Origin: Pseudomonadota bacterium
Lineage (GTDB): Bacteria; Myxococcota_A; Polyangia; JAAYKL01
Length of the DNA: 64,000 bases
Direction: 5' to 3'
NCBI GenBank assembly: GCA_023229365.1
Contig: JALNZK010000002.1
Location: 190,343 to 254,342, forward strand
Numbering within the stretch: position 1 is the first letter of the stretch; each line of letters starts with the position of its first letter. The notes beneath the pieces are model-generated. The model worked only from the letters and a program-made list of their open reading frames with translations, searched no databases and was not told the origin of the DNA. Shown here piece after piece: positions 18,494-27,575 of the stretch. A program made the translations under genes and the position numbers.

Positions 18494-19588
18494 TTATATT
18501 TCTGGATATTCCATAATCTTTCCTTCGAAATTTCTTAAAATAACCTTCTCTGGGGTTTGAGAGATCAAATAAGTTGGCAATATTGGAATTTTACCACCAG
18601 GAGTGTCTATCACATATTGAGGGATGGCCAAACCAGATAATCTGCCTCTTAGATGCTCCATAATCTCAATGCCCTTGGCGACCTTTGTTCGAAAGTGATT
18701 GGCACCATTCACTATATCACATTGAAATAAGTAATAAGGTCTTACCCGCATTCTGACAAGTTTGCGGCACAATTCTTCCTGAATAAACTTATCGTCATTC
18801 ACGCCTTTCAATAAAACGGATTGATTATTGACAGGGATACCATTGTCGATGAGTTTTGCACAAGCTGCTTGGGACTGGGCCGTGATTTCCCGAGGATGAT
18901 TGAAATGAGTGTTCACAAAAACTGGTTGGAAATCCTTGAGCGTTTCCACCAATTCGTCATCAATTCTCATTGGTAAAACTACTGGAACTTTGGTGCCGAT
19001 CCTGATGATTTGAACCGATTCAACAGCCCTGACTTGACTGAGAATAAATCGTATGTCATATCTGTCTAATAGCAATGGATCGCCACCAGAAAGAATCACA
19101 TCAGTTATCTCAGGGTGATTTTTAAGATACTCTTTAATATCAGCCACTTCACCATCGGTTAGATTGCAATAGAAAGGACTACCAACTGTTCTTTTTCTGG
19201 TGCAATAACGACAGTAAACACTGCATTGGGCTGTGCAAATAATGAGTGCCCTATCTCTATAACGATGCACAAGATGAGGCACCGGCATTTGTTGGTCTTC
19301 TTGGAGAGGATCATCTACGCAGCAATCTCCCGATAACTCAGCTATATCAGGAACACACATCCTATAGATAGGATCAGATGAGTTGTATTGCTCGATGAGA
19401 GAGAGATAATAAGGCGTAATAGAGAAAGGAAATGTTTGACTGGCCTCTTGAGAAATTGGCAATCCTTTTTTTGCAGCATCTCCTACTGATTGTATCCTGT
19501 TCCTAAGCTGCCACTTCCAATCATTCCATTTACCAGGAGGCTCTTCGGCAACTTCCATGTTACCGAATAAATTCGATTCATTATCCAT
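18494..19588 (-). CDS. radical SAM aminomutase, KamA/EpmB (lysine 2,3-aminomutase) family
   Basis: TAQCSVYCRYCTRKR (the KamA-type CxxxCxxC context) and ILSGGDPLLL. 364 aa, close to EpmB size. Confidence 0.6.
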   Translation of the reverse strand: MDNESNLFGNMEVAEEPPGKWNDWKWQLRNRIQSVGDAAKKGLPISQEASQTFPFSITPYYLSLIEQYNSSDPIYRMCVPDIAELSGDCCVDDPLQEDQQMPVPHLVHRYRDRALIICTAQCSVYCRYCTRKRTVGSPFYCNLTDGEVADIKEYLKNHPEITDVILSGGDPLLLDRYDIRFILSQVRAVESVQIIRIGTKVPVVLPMRIDDELVETLKDFQPVFVNTHFNHPREITAQSQAACAKLIDNGIPVNNQSVLLKGVNDDKFIQEELCRKLVRMRVRPYYLFQCDIVNGANHFRTKVAKGIEIMEHLRGRLSGLAIPQYVIDTPGGKIPILPTYLISQTPEKVILRNFEGKIMEYPEI

Positions 19589-19707
19589 TTTTGTCTTGTG
19601 TGTTTCCTTGTAAAAACAATATTTATAAATAATAAAGTAGTTTGTGTCAAGTGAAAAATTTTTGGTTGAGAAAAATAGATAAGTTGTCCAACCAATAAAG
19701 GAAAATC

Positions 19708-19893
19708 ATGGTCAGCAAAAGAAAAATGAAACCAGCACCAAAGCCGATGCCAGTGCCAACGCCAGCACCAAAACCAGCACCAAAGCCTGCACCAGTGCCA
19801 GCACCAAAGCCTGCACCAAAGCCTGCACCAGTGCCAGCACCAGTGCCAGCAAAACCTGCACCAGCACCAGTGACAACGCCAACTAAGGAATAG
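19708..19893 (+). CDS. small Pro/Ala/Lys-rich repeat peptide (PAPKPAPV)n
   Basis: 61 aa, encoded by a degenerate DNA tandem repeat. Divergent from the KamA-like gene. Confidence 0.3.
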   Translation: MVSKRKMKPAPKPMPVPTPAPKPAPKPAPVPAPKPAPKPAPVPAPVPAKPAPAPVTTPTKE

Positions 19894-19899
19894 CCAGAC

Positions 19900-20316
19900 T
19901 CAACTTGTTTGAAATTCTGGATAAGGACTTATAATATTTACCGCTTTTGGAGAAATGGTTTCTTCTAAATAAACGAAGCCATTCTCCAAAGCGGTTTTTA
20001 AAGAGATCATCCCGAAATTATCCAAAAGCATCTGTACGGCGGCAAAATTTGGCATATGTTCTGGATTAGAACTCTCGACAGAAATCGACATGTGTTTGCA
20101 CCAACCAAATGGCTGCTGCTCAATAGTGAAAACAACTCGAAAGCCCATTGGAATTTCAATGTCGAAACCAACATTTCCGGGGGCATCCATTGTGCCTTCC
20201 AGTATTTTCACTAATGCCTCTAAAGGCATGGGATGTGCTTCCGCAAACTCTATCAGAGTTTTGATTTTGGCTTCTATACTTTCGTCAATGATGAGTGCCG
20301 TCATGATGCTCTCCAA
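19900..20316 (-). CDS. hypothetical protein
   Basis: 138 aa ORF. Confidence 0.35.
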   Translation of the reverse strand: MESIMTALIIDESIEAKIKTLIEFAEAHPMPLEALVKILEGTMDAPGNVGFDIEIPMGFRVVFTIEQQPFGWCKHMSISVESSNPEHMPNFAAVQMLLDNFGMISLKTALENGFVYLEETISPKAVNIISPYPEFQTS

Positions 20317-20509
20317 ACTTTGAGTGTAAATTGCTTTATTTCATCGCCATAACTGACAATTATTTCAATCTTATCAATATCAAGTTTAAATGATTCAACA
20401 ACAATCTGGTCGCCTTGTTCCAACTCACCAAATTCGGTAAGTGGACCTGATTGCAAAAGTATTATTTCAGCAATCTGTGCCATTTGTGGACTAATAGACA
20501 ATAGATCAA

Positions 20510-21715
20510 TCATAGCTTTTTCTCTGGATTGTCCCAAACTAATCGTTCTTTGGGAGCATTGATAGATTCGCACAAAAAGGGCGTGGGGTCGGCAATATAA
20601 TCATGCTTCGGTTGTCCTAGCTTCCAAGACTTAGAGGCAGATTTTGTGCCGTGTTTGTAAAGCTCAATATGCAGCATTGCTCTACTATGACCTGGGATGT
20701 CAGGTCGTTCTTTGCCTTCTTTTAGCACCGGAATCACTTCGCCAAGGGGTTGTCCTCTTACAATGATGTCCCCAACCGAAAACGTATATGGCTTAATTTC
20801 ACCATAACAAACCACTCCTGATCGGCCTTCAACCAAAAGGCAATCAGTGTTATTCCACCAGGGAGATTCATCCTGCTCGCCAGTAAAATGCTCAGTGGCT
20901 ACCACTCTGCCAGATTCTACCGCATGGGCAATAGTGCAATTTTCTCTTGACCGAATATGATGATGAACCTCTGATACATAAAATCGGGGTGTATACAAAT
21001 CGACTCCAGTATGATTGGATTGGCGGCGAGGGAATGCAAAAGCCCCAGGATGGTAATTGATGGGAATACCAGGACAATGTTCAATGGGGAATTGCCACTT
21101 CATAAGCCATTTTAGTTTTTCCACAATGAGTGAAATATCAGCCATTGCCCCTTTGCCCTCATCCCCACATGCCAACATCTTTTTCTGAGGAGGAATAACT
21201 TGGAATTGATCCCCAAATAATTTGACAAGTTTGAATAAATGATCTTCGGTAAATGGACTCTCCCACATACGAGTATTCATAGCGGGAGCAACAATCACTG
21301 GTTTCGCCCAATCCCAAGCTCGAAAAACGCTGGTCAAAAGATTGTCGCAAAGACCATTCGCCATTTTGGCCAAAGTATTAGCCGACAAGGGGGCGATTAC
21401 AAAAACATCAGCCCAGTCACGTAGATTGATGTGAACAACTGGGTCATCTTTCTTCCATACATCGGATATTGCCGCAGCCTGCGACGGTGGCGGCTGTGGA
21501 GCAGGTCGGCTCCATTGCCATTCATCGATGTCTCTCCACAATCTGCAATTTAACAGATCGAACCCAGTAATATCTTCTTTGTCGATAAAATGCATTGCCG
21601 ATTCAGTGGAAACAATTTCGACATTGCCAATTTCCGAAAGTTGTTGGCACATTTTCTTTACCAAAACTGTAGCAACCGAACCAGTGATCCCTAAGAGAAT
21701 GTTTGGTTTATTCAT
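20510..21715 (-). CDS. coaC: phosphopantothenoylcysteine decarboxylase (CoaC, HFCD flavoprotein) fused to a C-terminal M23-peptidase-like domain
   Basis: N-terminal half has ILLGITGSVA, DWADVFVIAPLSANTLAKMANGLCDNLLTSV, PVIVAPAMNTRMW and MLACGDEGKGAMA (the CoaC/Dfp signature). C-terminal half has HTGVDL, FSVGDIIVRGQPLGEV and HSRAMLHIELY (M23/LytM-like HxxxD and HxH motifs). Confidence 0.55.
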   Translation of the reverse strand: MNKPNILLGITGSVATVLVKKMCQQLSEIGNVEIVSTESAMHFIDKEDITGFDLLNCRLWRDIDEWQWSRPAPQPPPSQAAAISDVWKKDDPVVHINLRDWADVFVIAPLSANTLAKMANGLCDNLLTSVFRAWDWAKPVIVAPAMNTRMWESPFTEDHLFKLVKLFGDQFQVIPPQKKMLACGDEGKGAMADISLIVEKLKWLMKWQFPIEHCPGIPINYHPGAFAFPRRQSNHTGVDLYTPRFYVSEVHHHIRSRENCTIAHAVESGRVVATEHFTGEQDESPWWNNTDCLLVEGRSGVVCYGEIKPYTFSVGDIIVRGQPLGEVIPVLKEGKERPDIPGHSRAMLHIELYKHGTKSASKSWKLGQPKHDYIADPTPFLCESINAPKERLVWDNPEKKL

Positions 21716-21972
21716 TATTCATCTCCTCTGCCTGGAAGGCCATATCCACCACCTAAATCAAAAGGAATTTCTGGATAATCTTCTATGGGAGTTGGCATTG
21801 GTAGCTTACTCCATTTTTTTAGTTCCGCAGTTAGAAGCTTGATGGTTTCAACATCGTCATCACAGATTTTTTTGTATTCTTTGCACAACCGTGACCAAAA
21901 AATAGTTTGCAGAAAATTGCCGATCACGGCAGCAACGAACAATATTGCAAACAAAATAGCAAGAAATGTCAT
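21715..21972 (-). CDS. small membrane protein
   Basis: 85 aa with a hydrophobic N-terminus. Confidence 0.3.
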   Translation of the reverse strand: MTFLAILFAILFVAAVIGNFLQTIFWSRLCKEYKKICDDDVETIKLLTAELKKWSKLPMPTPIEDYPEIPFDLGGGYGLPGRGDE

Positions 21973-22325
21973 TTTTGTATCCCCACAATTTCAAATGTTG
22001 CTAGTAAACAACAAAAATGGGCGAATTGATCGAAGCCAATGATATTGAAAAAAAGCCTACAAGGACCATGCTTTCTCCATGCCCAGGATGTCAGACGACT
22101 TGAAGAAAAATCCAGTAAAAAATGCAATAGAAAAGTTATGCAAAAATAGAATGCAATCGATGCGGACCAAAAGAAACTGGCCCAAAATGTCATGCCCACA
22201 CTATAAATGAAACAATGAACTCCCAAAGGGATGTATAAATGGTGTTTGTTCGTCGCCATCCAATTGGATTGTGCTAGGAAATCAAACAAATAATGGCACC
22301 ACATCATACTAATTAATAACCACAT
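21969..22325 (-). CDS. membrane protein
   Basis: 118 aa with multiple hydrophobic segments. Confidence 0.3.
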   Translation of the reverse strand: MWLLISMMWCHYLFDFLAQSNWMATNKHHLYIPLGVHCFIYSVGMTFWASFFWSASIAFYFCITFLLHFLLDFSSSRLTSWAWRKHGPCRLFFNIIGFDQFAHFCCLLATFEIVGIQK

Positions 22326-23101
22326 TTTTCCGCCTTGAGTAACGCCAATGACTCGGCAACAACTACACTGGGCAAATAATGCAAAGACCCAGAATGATAT
22401 TCAGAGGTAATGAAACTCTTGTCACTTTTATTCCAGCGGACAAGTCGCAACGTGTGATCGTTGTTTTTGATGTCACGCAAATCATTGGCCACCACCAAAT
22501 CACAACCATTGGTTTCAATGCTTCTACAAGCGGCTTGAAACAACTCATTACTGGTGCTGTTGACCAACAGTTTGAATCCTACCAGTTTACAGCCTGGATG
22601 CCATCGCTTGATTTTACTAATCAGTTTCTCGGCAGGAGCAAGCTGAATGGATAAAGCATCGCTTGACCGTACTTTGCCTTCTGTGGGATTGGATACCAAG
22701 TAATCACTAACAGCCGCTGCCAGAACCACAATGTCGGGCTTTTGGTCCCTGATAATCATTTCCAATTTCAGGGAATATTCATCATAGTTGCGATAATACA
22801 CTTGATGGCAGCGATGACGAACTTTTTGACACCAAAAATAAAAGTCCCAAAACCTATTGATTGATCTTTGATCGTCAGGATGCATATGAAACTGTTCTGC
22901 ATCCGAGGTAAAATCCACATCTATTTTGAATGGACGACAACCATCCTGGGAGCCTAAATACCACACTTCGATATCGTGATCGGTTCTATCGAGAAATGCC
23001 CGACAAATTTTTGCCCCAAAAGTCCCTTTGGACATATTGGTAATATCCCGTACAGCATCAATGGGAACCTTGGTTCCACCACTAGTGACAAGTATTTTCA
23101 T
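22313..23101 (-). CDS. coaB: phosphopantothenate-cysteine ligase (CoaB)
   Basis: ILVTSGGTKVPIDAVRDITNMSKGTFG (compare ITAGPTxEPIDPVRxISNxSSGKMG), IVVLAAAVSDY, LVGFKLL, DLVVANDL. Confidence 0.6.
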   Translation of the reverse strand: MKILVTSGGTKVPIDAVRDITNMSKGTFGAKICRAFLDRTDHDIEVWYLGSQDGCRPFKIDVDFTSDAEQFHMHPDDQRSINRFWDFYFWCQKVRHRCHQVYYRNYDEYSLKLEMIIRDQKPDIVVLAAAVSDYLVSNPTEGKVRSSDALSIQLAPAEKLISKIKRWHPGCKLVGFKLLVNSTSNELFQAACRSIETNGCDLVVANDLRDIKNNDHTLRLVRWNKSDKSFITSEYHSGSLHYLPSVVVAESLALLKAEKCGY

Positions 23102-23894
23102 CGCAAGCCCTTTCCAGGTTTACATGCAACTCTGCCAATCTGAACAATAACTTGTTCATTTCATCTGCCAAATCTTCTCGCCGCCACTTTTCTATCAAAT
23201 CTTTACCACGCTGTGCCAATGCCTTTTCTCTTTCTAATTCTTTCTCTAGCTCATTGATTTTCAATTGAGAATATTCAGCACCACCGCCAGCTATAGCGAT
23301 GAAAGGCACAATTACAGCCATCATATACCAACCAACATAAACAGCAAATAAACTAAAGAGAGCAGAAGTCACACAACTGCCAATAAAAGAAATTTTCGTG
23401 GCTTTTTCCAGCGGTAGCCAACGAGCTAAGCTCGATCTTATGACTCTACCACCATCAAGCGGAAACACAGGAACGAAAAGATTAAAAGCGGCCCACATCA
23501 AATTGAGCTTTCCTAAACCAAAATCAGAATCATCAAAATATAGTAAAATTAGACCCAGCACCAACGAAATAAAAGGCCCAGTAATGGCAATTAACAATTC
23601 TTGATTTGGGTTTTTGCCCCAATCGCCGTCGATATAAGCGGCGGCACCAAATGGATACCACACAATTTTGGTGGTGCGGAAGCCAAAATGCTGTGCCACT
23701 AGGGAGTGTCCGAGTTCGTGAGCGGTAATACAAATGAACACAAGGAGCAACATACACAAGACGGCAAATGATTCAAGAAAACTCCCGCAAAAAAGAGGAA
23801 TAAGCAGCATTGGCCCGAAAAAGCACCACCAAAAAATGCTGGTTTTAATTGGGATGTTACATAATTTTGCCAAATATAGATTTTTCAATTTCAT
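23082..23894 (-). CDS. membrane zinc metalloprotease, M50/site-2-protease-like
   Basis: HELGHSLVAQHFG (HExxH) within a polytopic membrane protein. C-terminal coiled coil. Confidence 0.45.
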   Translation of the reverse strand: MKLKNLYLAKLCNIPIKTSIFWWCFFGPMLLIPLFCGSFLESFAVLCMLLLVFICITAHELGHSLVAQHFGFRTTKIVWYPFGAAAYIDGDWGKNPNQELLIAITGPFISLVLGLILLYFDDSDFGLGKLNLMWAAFNLFVPVFPLDGGRVIRSSLARWLPLEKATKISFIGSCVTSALFSLFAVYVGWYMMAVIVPFIAIAGGGAEYSQLKINELEKELEREKALAQRGKDLIEKWRREDLADEMNKLLFRLAELHVNLERACDENTCH

Positions 23895-24166
23895 GTTTTG
23901 AAAGTTCCTTTAGGCACATCAGAAGCTTTGCGATGATCCCTGTGTACCCGATGGTGTTCTACTAAATCACTATCTTCGCAAGAAGTTCCCACTCCGGTTA
24001 CAAGCCAACCATCCTCCCAATCCCCGGCCCCATCCCTGATTTTCAGAATCATGCCTTTGATAGCAAATTTTGAGGGAATCCAAGCAATTTGATGCCGGGA
24101 GGAAGTTTCATCTATTTTCTTTTCTAACGAACATTGATTATACATTGTTTTATGATAAAAAAACAC
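23891..24166 (-). CDS. hypothetical protein
   Basis: 91 aa ORF. Confidence 0.3.
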   Translation of the reverse strand: MFFYHKTMYNQCSLEKKIDETSSRHQIAWIPSKFAIKGMILKIRDGAGDWEDGWLVTGVGTSCEDSDLVEHHRVHRDHRKASDVPKGTFKT

Positions 24167-24209
24167 CCTCCACGAAGCATGGCAACGTGGAGGGTTGGTG
24201 AGCCAAATA

Positions 24210-24500
24210 CTAAGCTGCCAAGAGTTTCAGTTGCCGTTTCTTGGGAGTAATGTGGGATTGAGCATAGTTTTCAGCCTGTGCTGTCAAACCGGAACGCCAA
24301 TCCATTACTTTGATGCCGTTTCGTTGCAAACATGAGGAAATACACCTTGTGTCATTTGGTGTAACCCTTTTCAAAGGCTTGTCGAATACAAGCGAAGCAA
24401 TGAATCGGTGTGCAAATCCCCCGAATCGACCTAGTTGACAAACCTTCCAAATTTGGAGCTTGTCGAGACGATTCTTGCGTCTGGCTTTCTTTTTCTCCAC
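24210..24500 (-). CDS. hypothetical basic protein
   Basis: 96 aa ORF. Confidence 0.3.
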   Translation of the reverse strand: MEKKKARRKNRLDKLQIWKVCQLGRFGGFAHRFIASLVFDKPLKRVTPNDTRCISSCLQRNGIKVMDWRSGLTAQAENYAQSHITPKKRQLKLLAA

Positions 24501-24510
24501 AGGAGTCTCC

Positions 24511-24828
24511 TTAGAGTAGGGTTGCGATTACTGCACGTAATTTTTGAATTTCCCGTCGTGCCAATTCCAACTCCACAGATTCAGAAATGGTCGATTCGGG
24601 CTTGGAAATCTTGCGACATGAACGCTTGACCTTCCTTTTGGATTTCTTGACACCAGGAACTAGACCCTGTTCCGTCATGCGGCTTTTAGTGTCATAGAAA
24701 TTAGCGGCATTGATTTCAACACCACTTTTCGCCAATGCAGCCACTGCTTGCTTGGCGTTAAAATCCGGGTGTTTTGTAAGAACAGCCCGAATCGCCTCAG
24801 CCTTAGTAGGCTCGTTCTTCTTTGGCAT
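24511..24828 (-). CDS. small basic protein, putative DNA-binding
   Basis: 105 aa, Lys-rich, helical N-terminus. Confidence 0.3.
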   Translation of the reverse strand: MPKKNEPTKAEAIRAVLTKHPDFNAKQAVAALAKSGVEINAANFYDTKSRMTEQGLVPGVKKSKRKVKRSCRKISKPESTISESVELELARREIQKLRAVIATLL

Positions 24829-25030
24829 ATATGCCCTTTCAAAAAAGAGTTACATCTTCACACAGTTGTCGTTCAAAAAGTTTACCAGCCATTCTTCAAC
24901 AGCGATTTGTCTTGCGGTCGAATAAACATGTCCTTCTGTCACAAGAACTTGTGTCCTTTGAAGAATTAATTGTCGATCTTCAAAACTTTCTTGCCCCTCA
25001 TCCGTCAAAGCCTCTACATGTGAGAGGAAA

Positions 25031-25354
25031 TCATTTCTCAACAGCCTTTCTATTCGTTGAGCTATTTGTCGCATCTTCGCACTCCTTTTGGCGGTAGATT
25101 TCTACGTCATCGGGTCCATTGTAAATGATTGTATACTTCATTCCGTGAATAGTTATGGGAATTGCTTCCCCACTCTTCGGACTATCTATAACAGATCGAG
25201 ACACAGGAGCAACAGGCATATGTGTAATGGATGGCTCTTTTGATTTTCCATTGATGACAGCAAAAATGACCGGCACCAACAACGCAAGCAAAATGCCAGC
25301 AATAGTAATTACTACCAACAATTCAACTAACGTAAATGCTTTTCTACTCTTCAT
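25031..25354 (-). CDS. prepilin-type N-terminal domain protein (type IV pilin/pseudopilin-like)
   Basis: MKSRKAFTLVELLVVITIAGILLALLVP is a class III signal. Start moved to an internal Met because the ORF-track start overlaps the next gene. Confidence 0.4.
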   Translation of the reverse strand: MKSRKAFTLVELLVVITIAGILLALLVPVIFAVINGKSKEPSITHMPVAPVSRSVIDSPKSGEAIPITIHGMKYTIIYNGPDDVEIYRQKECEDATNSSTNRKAVEK

Positions 25355-25871
25355 TGGTAAACTCGTAGGTTCGGTTCCATACTGAGCCTTTGACGATCCA
25401 AACGTCATCGGGGTTATCTCGGTTACGCACAATGTAATCGCCACTGTGCCCTGTTTGACGGAATGAGCCATCAGCTTGGCGGTCGCCCCACAATGCCTTG
25501 ATGTAGAATTCGCCCGTCTCATTCAACTCAATATAACAGGCGTCTCGAATAGCCTCAGGCTTGGGCTCAAAGGTCGTCCACCCCTCTTCGTCAACATGGG
25601 TCGGAACATAAGACTTGTGGAGAGTGGCATTATCTTGCTGCCACACATCATTACAGGGTCCAAGGCAGACCATAGAATTAGCCTTGAGCATCTGAGTGCC
25701 TTCCAGAGTATCCAAGAGAAACTTGGTGATTACCCTGGGATCAGTGAGCAATGCCCTCATGGGCTTTGCCTGCAACGATTTGGTTTTCTTAGCCGTTTTG
25801 AAAGACAGACTGGATGGGTCTATTGTTTCACCCACATCTGCCGAATAGGCAGCAGCTTCAAGCTCAAGCAT
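25344..25871 (-). CDS. hypothetical protein
   Basis: 175 aa ORF. Confidence 0.35.
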   Translation of the reverse strand: MLELEAAAYSADVGETIDPSSLSFKTAKKTKSLQAKPMRALLTDPRVITKFLLDTLEGTQMLKANSMVCLGPCNDVWQQDNATLHKSYVPTHVDEEGWTTFEPKPEAIRDACYIELNETGEFYIKALWGDRQADGSFRQTGHSGDYIVRNRDNPDDVWIVKGSVWNRTYEFTNEE

Positions 25872-25979
25872 GATTTTTCTCCGTAAAAGGCTTCTTTAAC
25901 CACCCCCATTATACTTCAGAAAACGGGGTTGTAAACTACCCATAGCGGAAAAATTGCCGTATGAAAGGGGGGTGTGATC

Positions 25980-26474
25980 CTATGGAAACGGAATGACTTC
26001 ATGCCGATCATGCCTATACCAGTATTGCCCCAAAGCTTCTTCAAAACCTCCACAGACTCGCCATTTTTCATTAGCCCACGTTAATGATACGCTATCAACT
26101 GGCGGTTTTTTTCTGGCCTTGTCGGCAAATGGCAAAAGATACTTGGGCAGTTTTTTATTTCTTCTGGCAAGTACGTCGTTTACATAACCAGGAAGCCTGC
26201 CTTCAAAGTCACGCACAAAATCAGTTTCTCCTGGTCTTGGTTCATATACGCTGTATATTCCAATGATTTTGTTATATCGCTTTACCAAATATATTTTCGC
26301 CCCATCTTTGGGATCGATTCCCTCCACAGAAATAGTGAAGCCATACTTTTGTTCCAAGTATTTAGAAAAATTTTCTGCACCGGGCAATTCTATTTTATTG
26401 GTCTTTGGACCAATCGCACCAGATGCTTTCCATATTTTTTTAAATCTGTTGTCGTTTGCTTTGCTTGTGTTCAT
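25980..26474 (-). CDS. hypothetical protein
   Basis: 164 aa ORF. Confidence 0.35.
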   Translation of the reverse strand: MNTSKANDNRFKKIWKASGAIGPKTNKIELPGAENFSKYLEQKYGFTISVEGIDPKDGAKIYLVKRYNKIIGIYSVYEPRPGETDFVRDFEGRLPGYVNDVLARRNKKLPKYLLPFADKARKKPPVDSVSLTWANEKWRVCGGFEEALGQYWYRHDRHEVIPFP

Positions 26475-26670
26475 TGAGCTTCCTACATACGTTGATAAGC
26501 GTATTTAAAGAGGCAGAGCGGTGATACCCTCCGCAGTATTTACACTTGTAAACTGTCTGATTTTTGCAAATAGCCGCTTCTTCAGTGGTGTATCTTTTTT
26601 TGCGGCCACAAGCCCGAAGACGACGATTATTTTGTTTGGCTATTTCTGCAAAATGAGCATATTTATTCAT
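26440..26670 (-). CDS. small zinc-ribbon protein
   Basis: CKNQTVYKCKYCGGYH. Confidence 0.3.
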   Translation of the reverse strand: MNKYAHFAEIAKQNNRRLRACGRKKRYTTEEAAICKNQTVYKCKYCGGYHRSASLNTLINVCRKLNEHKQSKRQQI

Positions 26671-27575
26671 AAATCTACCATTACATCTACTCGTTGGCCG
26701 GGAAGTAAATTACAATTTTTTAAAGAGAGCCAAAATTCTCTGGTCTTTGTATCTGTTTTTTCAGAGGGCATATCAGAAAATAATACCTTTCTTCCTAAAA
26801 AAGGTGCTGCCTGAGTTACAATTGCTTTTATTGGTTGGAAATTATCAAATGTAATTTTAGCAGATTGTCCTACTTTTATTAAAGAGGCATCAAGTTCATC
26901 AACATAAGCCCTGACTCGTAATTCTGAAATATCTGCCATTATAATTAATGGCATTTGAGAGGTGGCAATTTCTCCAATTCTGGCATCTATTTTTAGAATT
27001 TTGCCATCTATTGGTGCTTCTATTTTTGTGTGGTCTAATTTTATTTGTGCCAATTGTATTTGGGATTTTGATATTTCTATTTGTGACTTGGCAACATCAA
27101 TCTCTGCCCTCAAAGAATCGTAGGAACATTTTAATATGTCCATACCCTCTTCAGACAATACTTTCTTCTTGTTTAATATAATCCCTCTTTCCAAATTCAA
27201 CTTTGCCAACTTTAGTTGTGCCTCTTTAGCCTGTAACAATCCTTTGTTTGCTAATTCCTGAACTATAGCCAACTCTTTCTCGAAAAAATATTGTCTGGCA
27301 TCTATTTCTAGTAAAACATCTCCTTTTTTTACTAATTGATTTTCCCGAACAGGAATGCTTTTTATCTGCCCGGAGATTAGGACACACAAATATGTGTTCT
27401 CCGTTTTTCCTTCGATTCTGCCTGAAGCAAAAACACATTGTTTTTGTGGTAGCGGCGGTCTCACAATAGCAGGGCTGCTATTGTGATCTATTAAAAATGC
27501 TATACCTAATATGACGCCAATACATAAAACAAAAAAAGCAATTATTTTACCACGCATGGTCAATAATTCATCCAA
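26667..27575 (-). CDS. HlyD-family membrane-fusion (periplasmic adaptor) protein
   Basis: N-terminal TM segment, long coiled coil, and beta-barrel region IEAPIDGKILKIDARIGE. Confidence 0.5.
   Translation of the reverse strand: MDELLTMRGKIIAFFVLCIGVILGIAFLIDHNSSPAIVRPPLPQKQCVFASGRIEGKTENTYLCVLISGQIKSIPVRENQLVKKGDVLLEIDARQYFFEKELAIVQELANKGLLQAKEAQLKLAKLNLERGIILNKKKVLSEEGMDILKCSYDSLRAEIDVAKSQIEISKSQIQLAQIKLDHTKIEAPIDGKILKIDARIGEIATSQMPLIIMADISELRVRAYVDELDASLIKVGQSAKITFDNFQPIKAIVTQAAPFLGRKVLFSDMPSEKTDTKTREFWLSLKNCNLLPGQRVDVMVDL

Noticed and set aside
20510-21715. The HFCD flavoprotein as a LanD/EpiD-type RiPP decarboxylase, given the nearby radical-SAM genes
   Set aside because: A bona fide CoaB lies 600 bp away, and the PASANT/ACGD motifs match CoaC closely. 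The CoA-pathway interpretation is more parsimonious.
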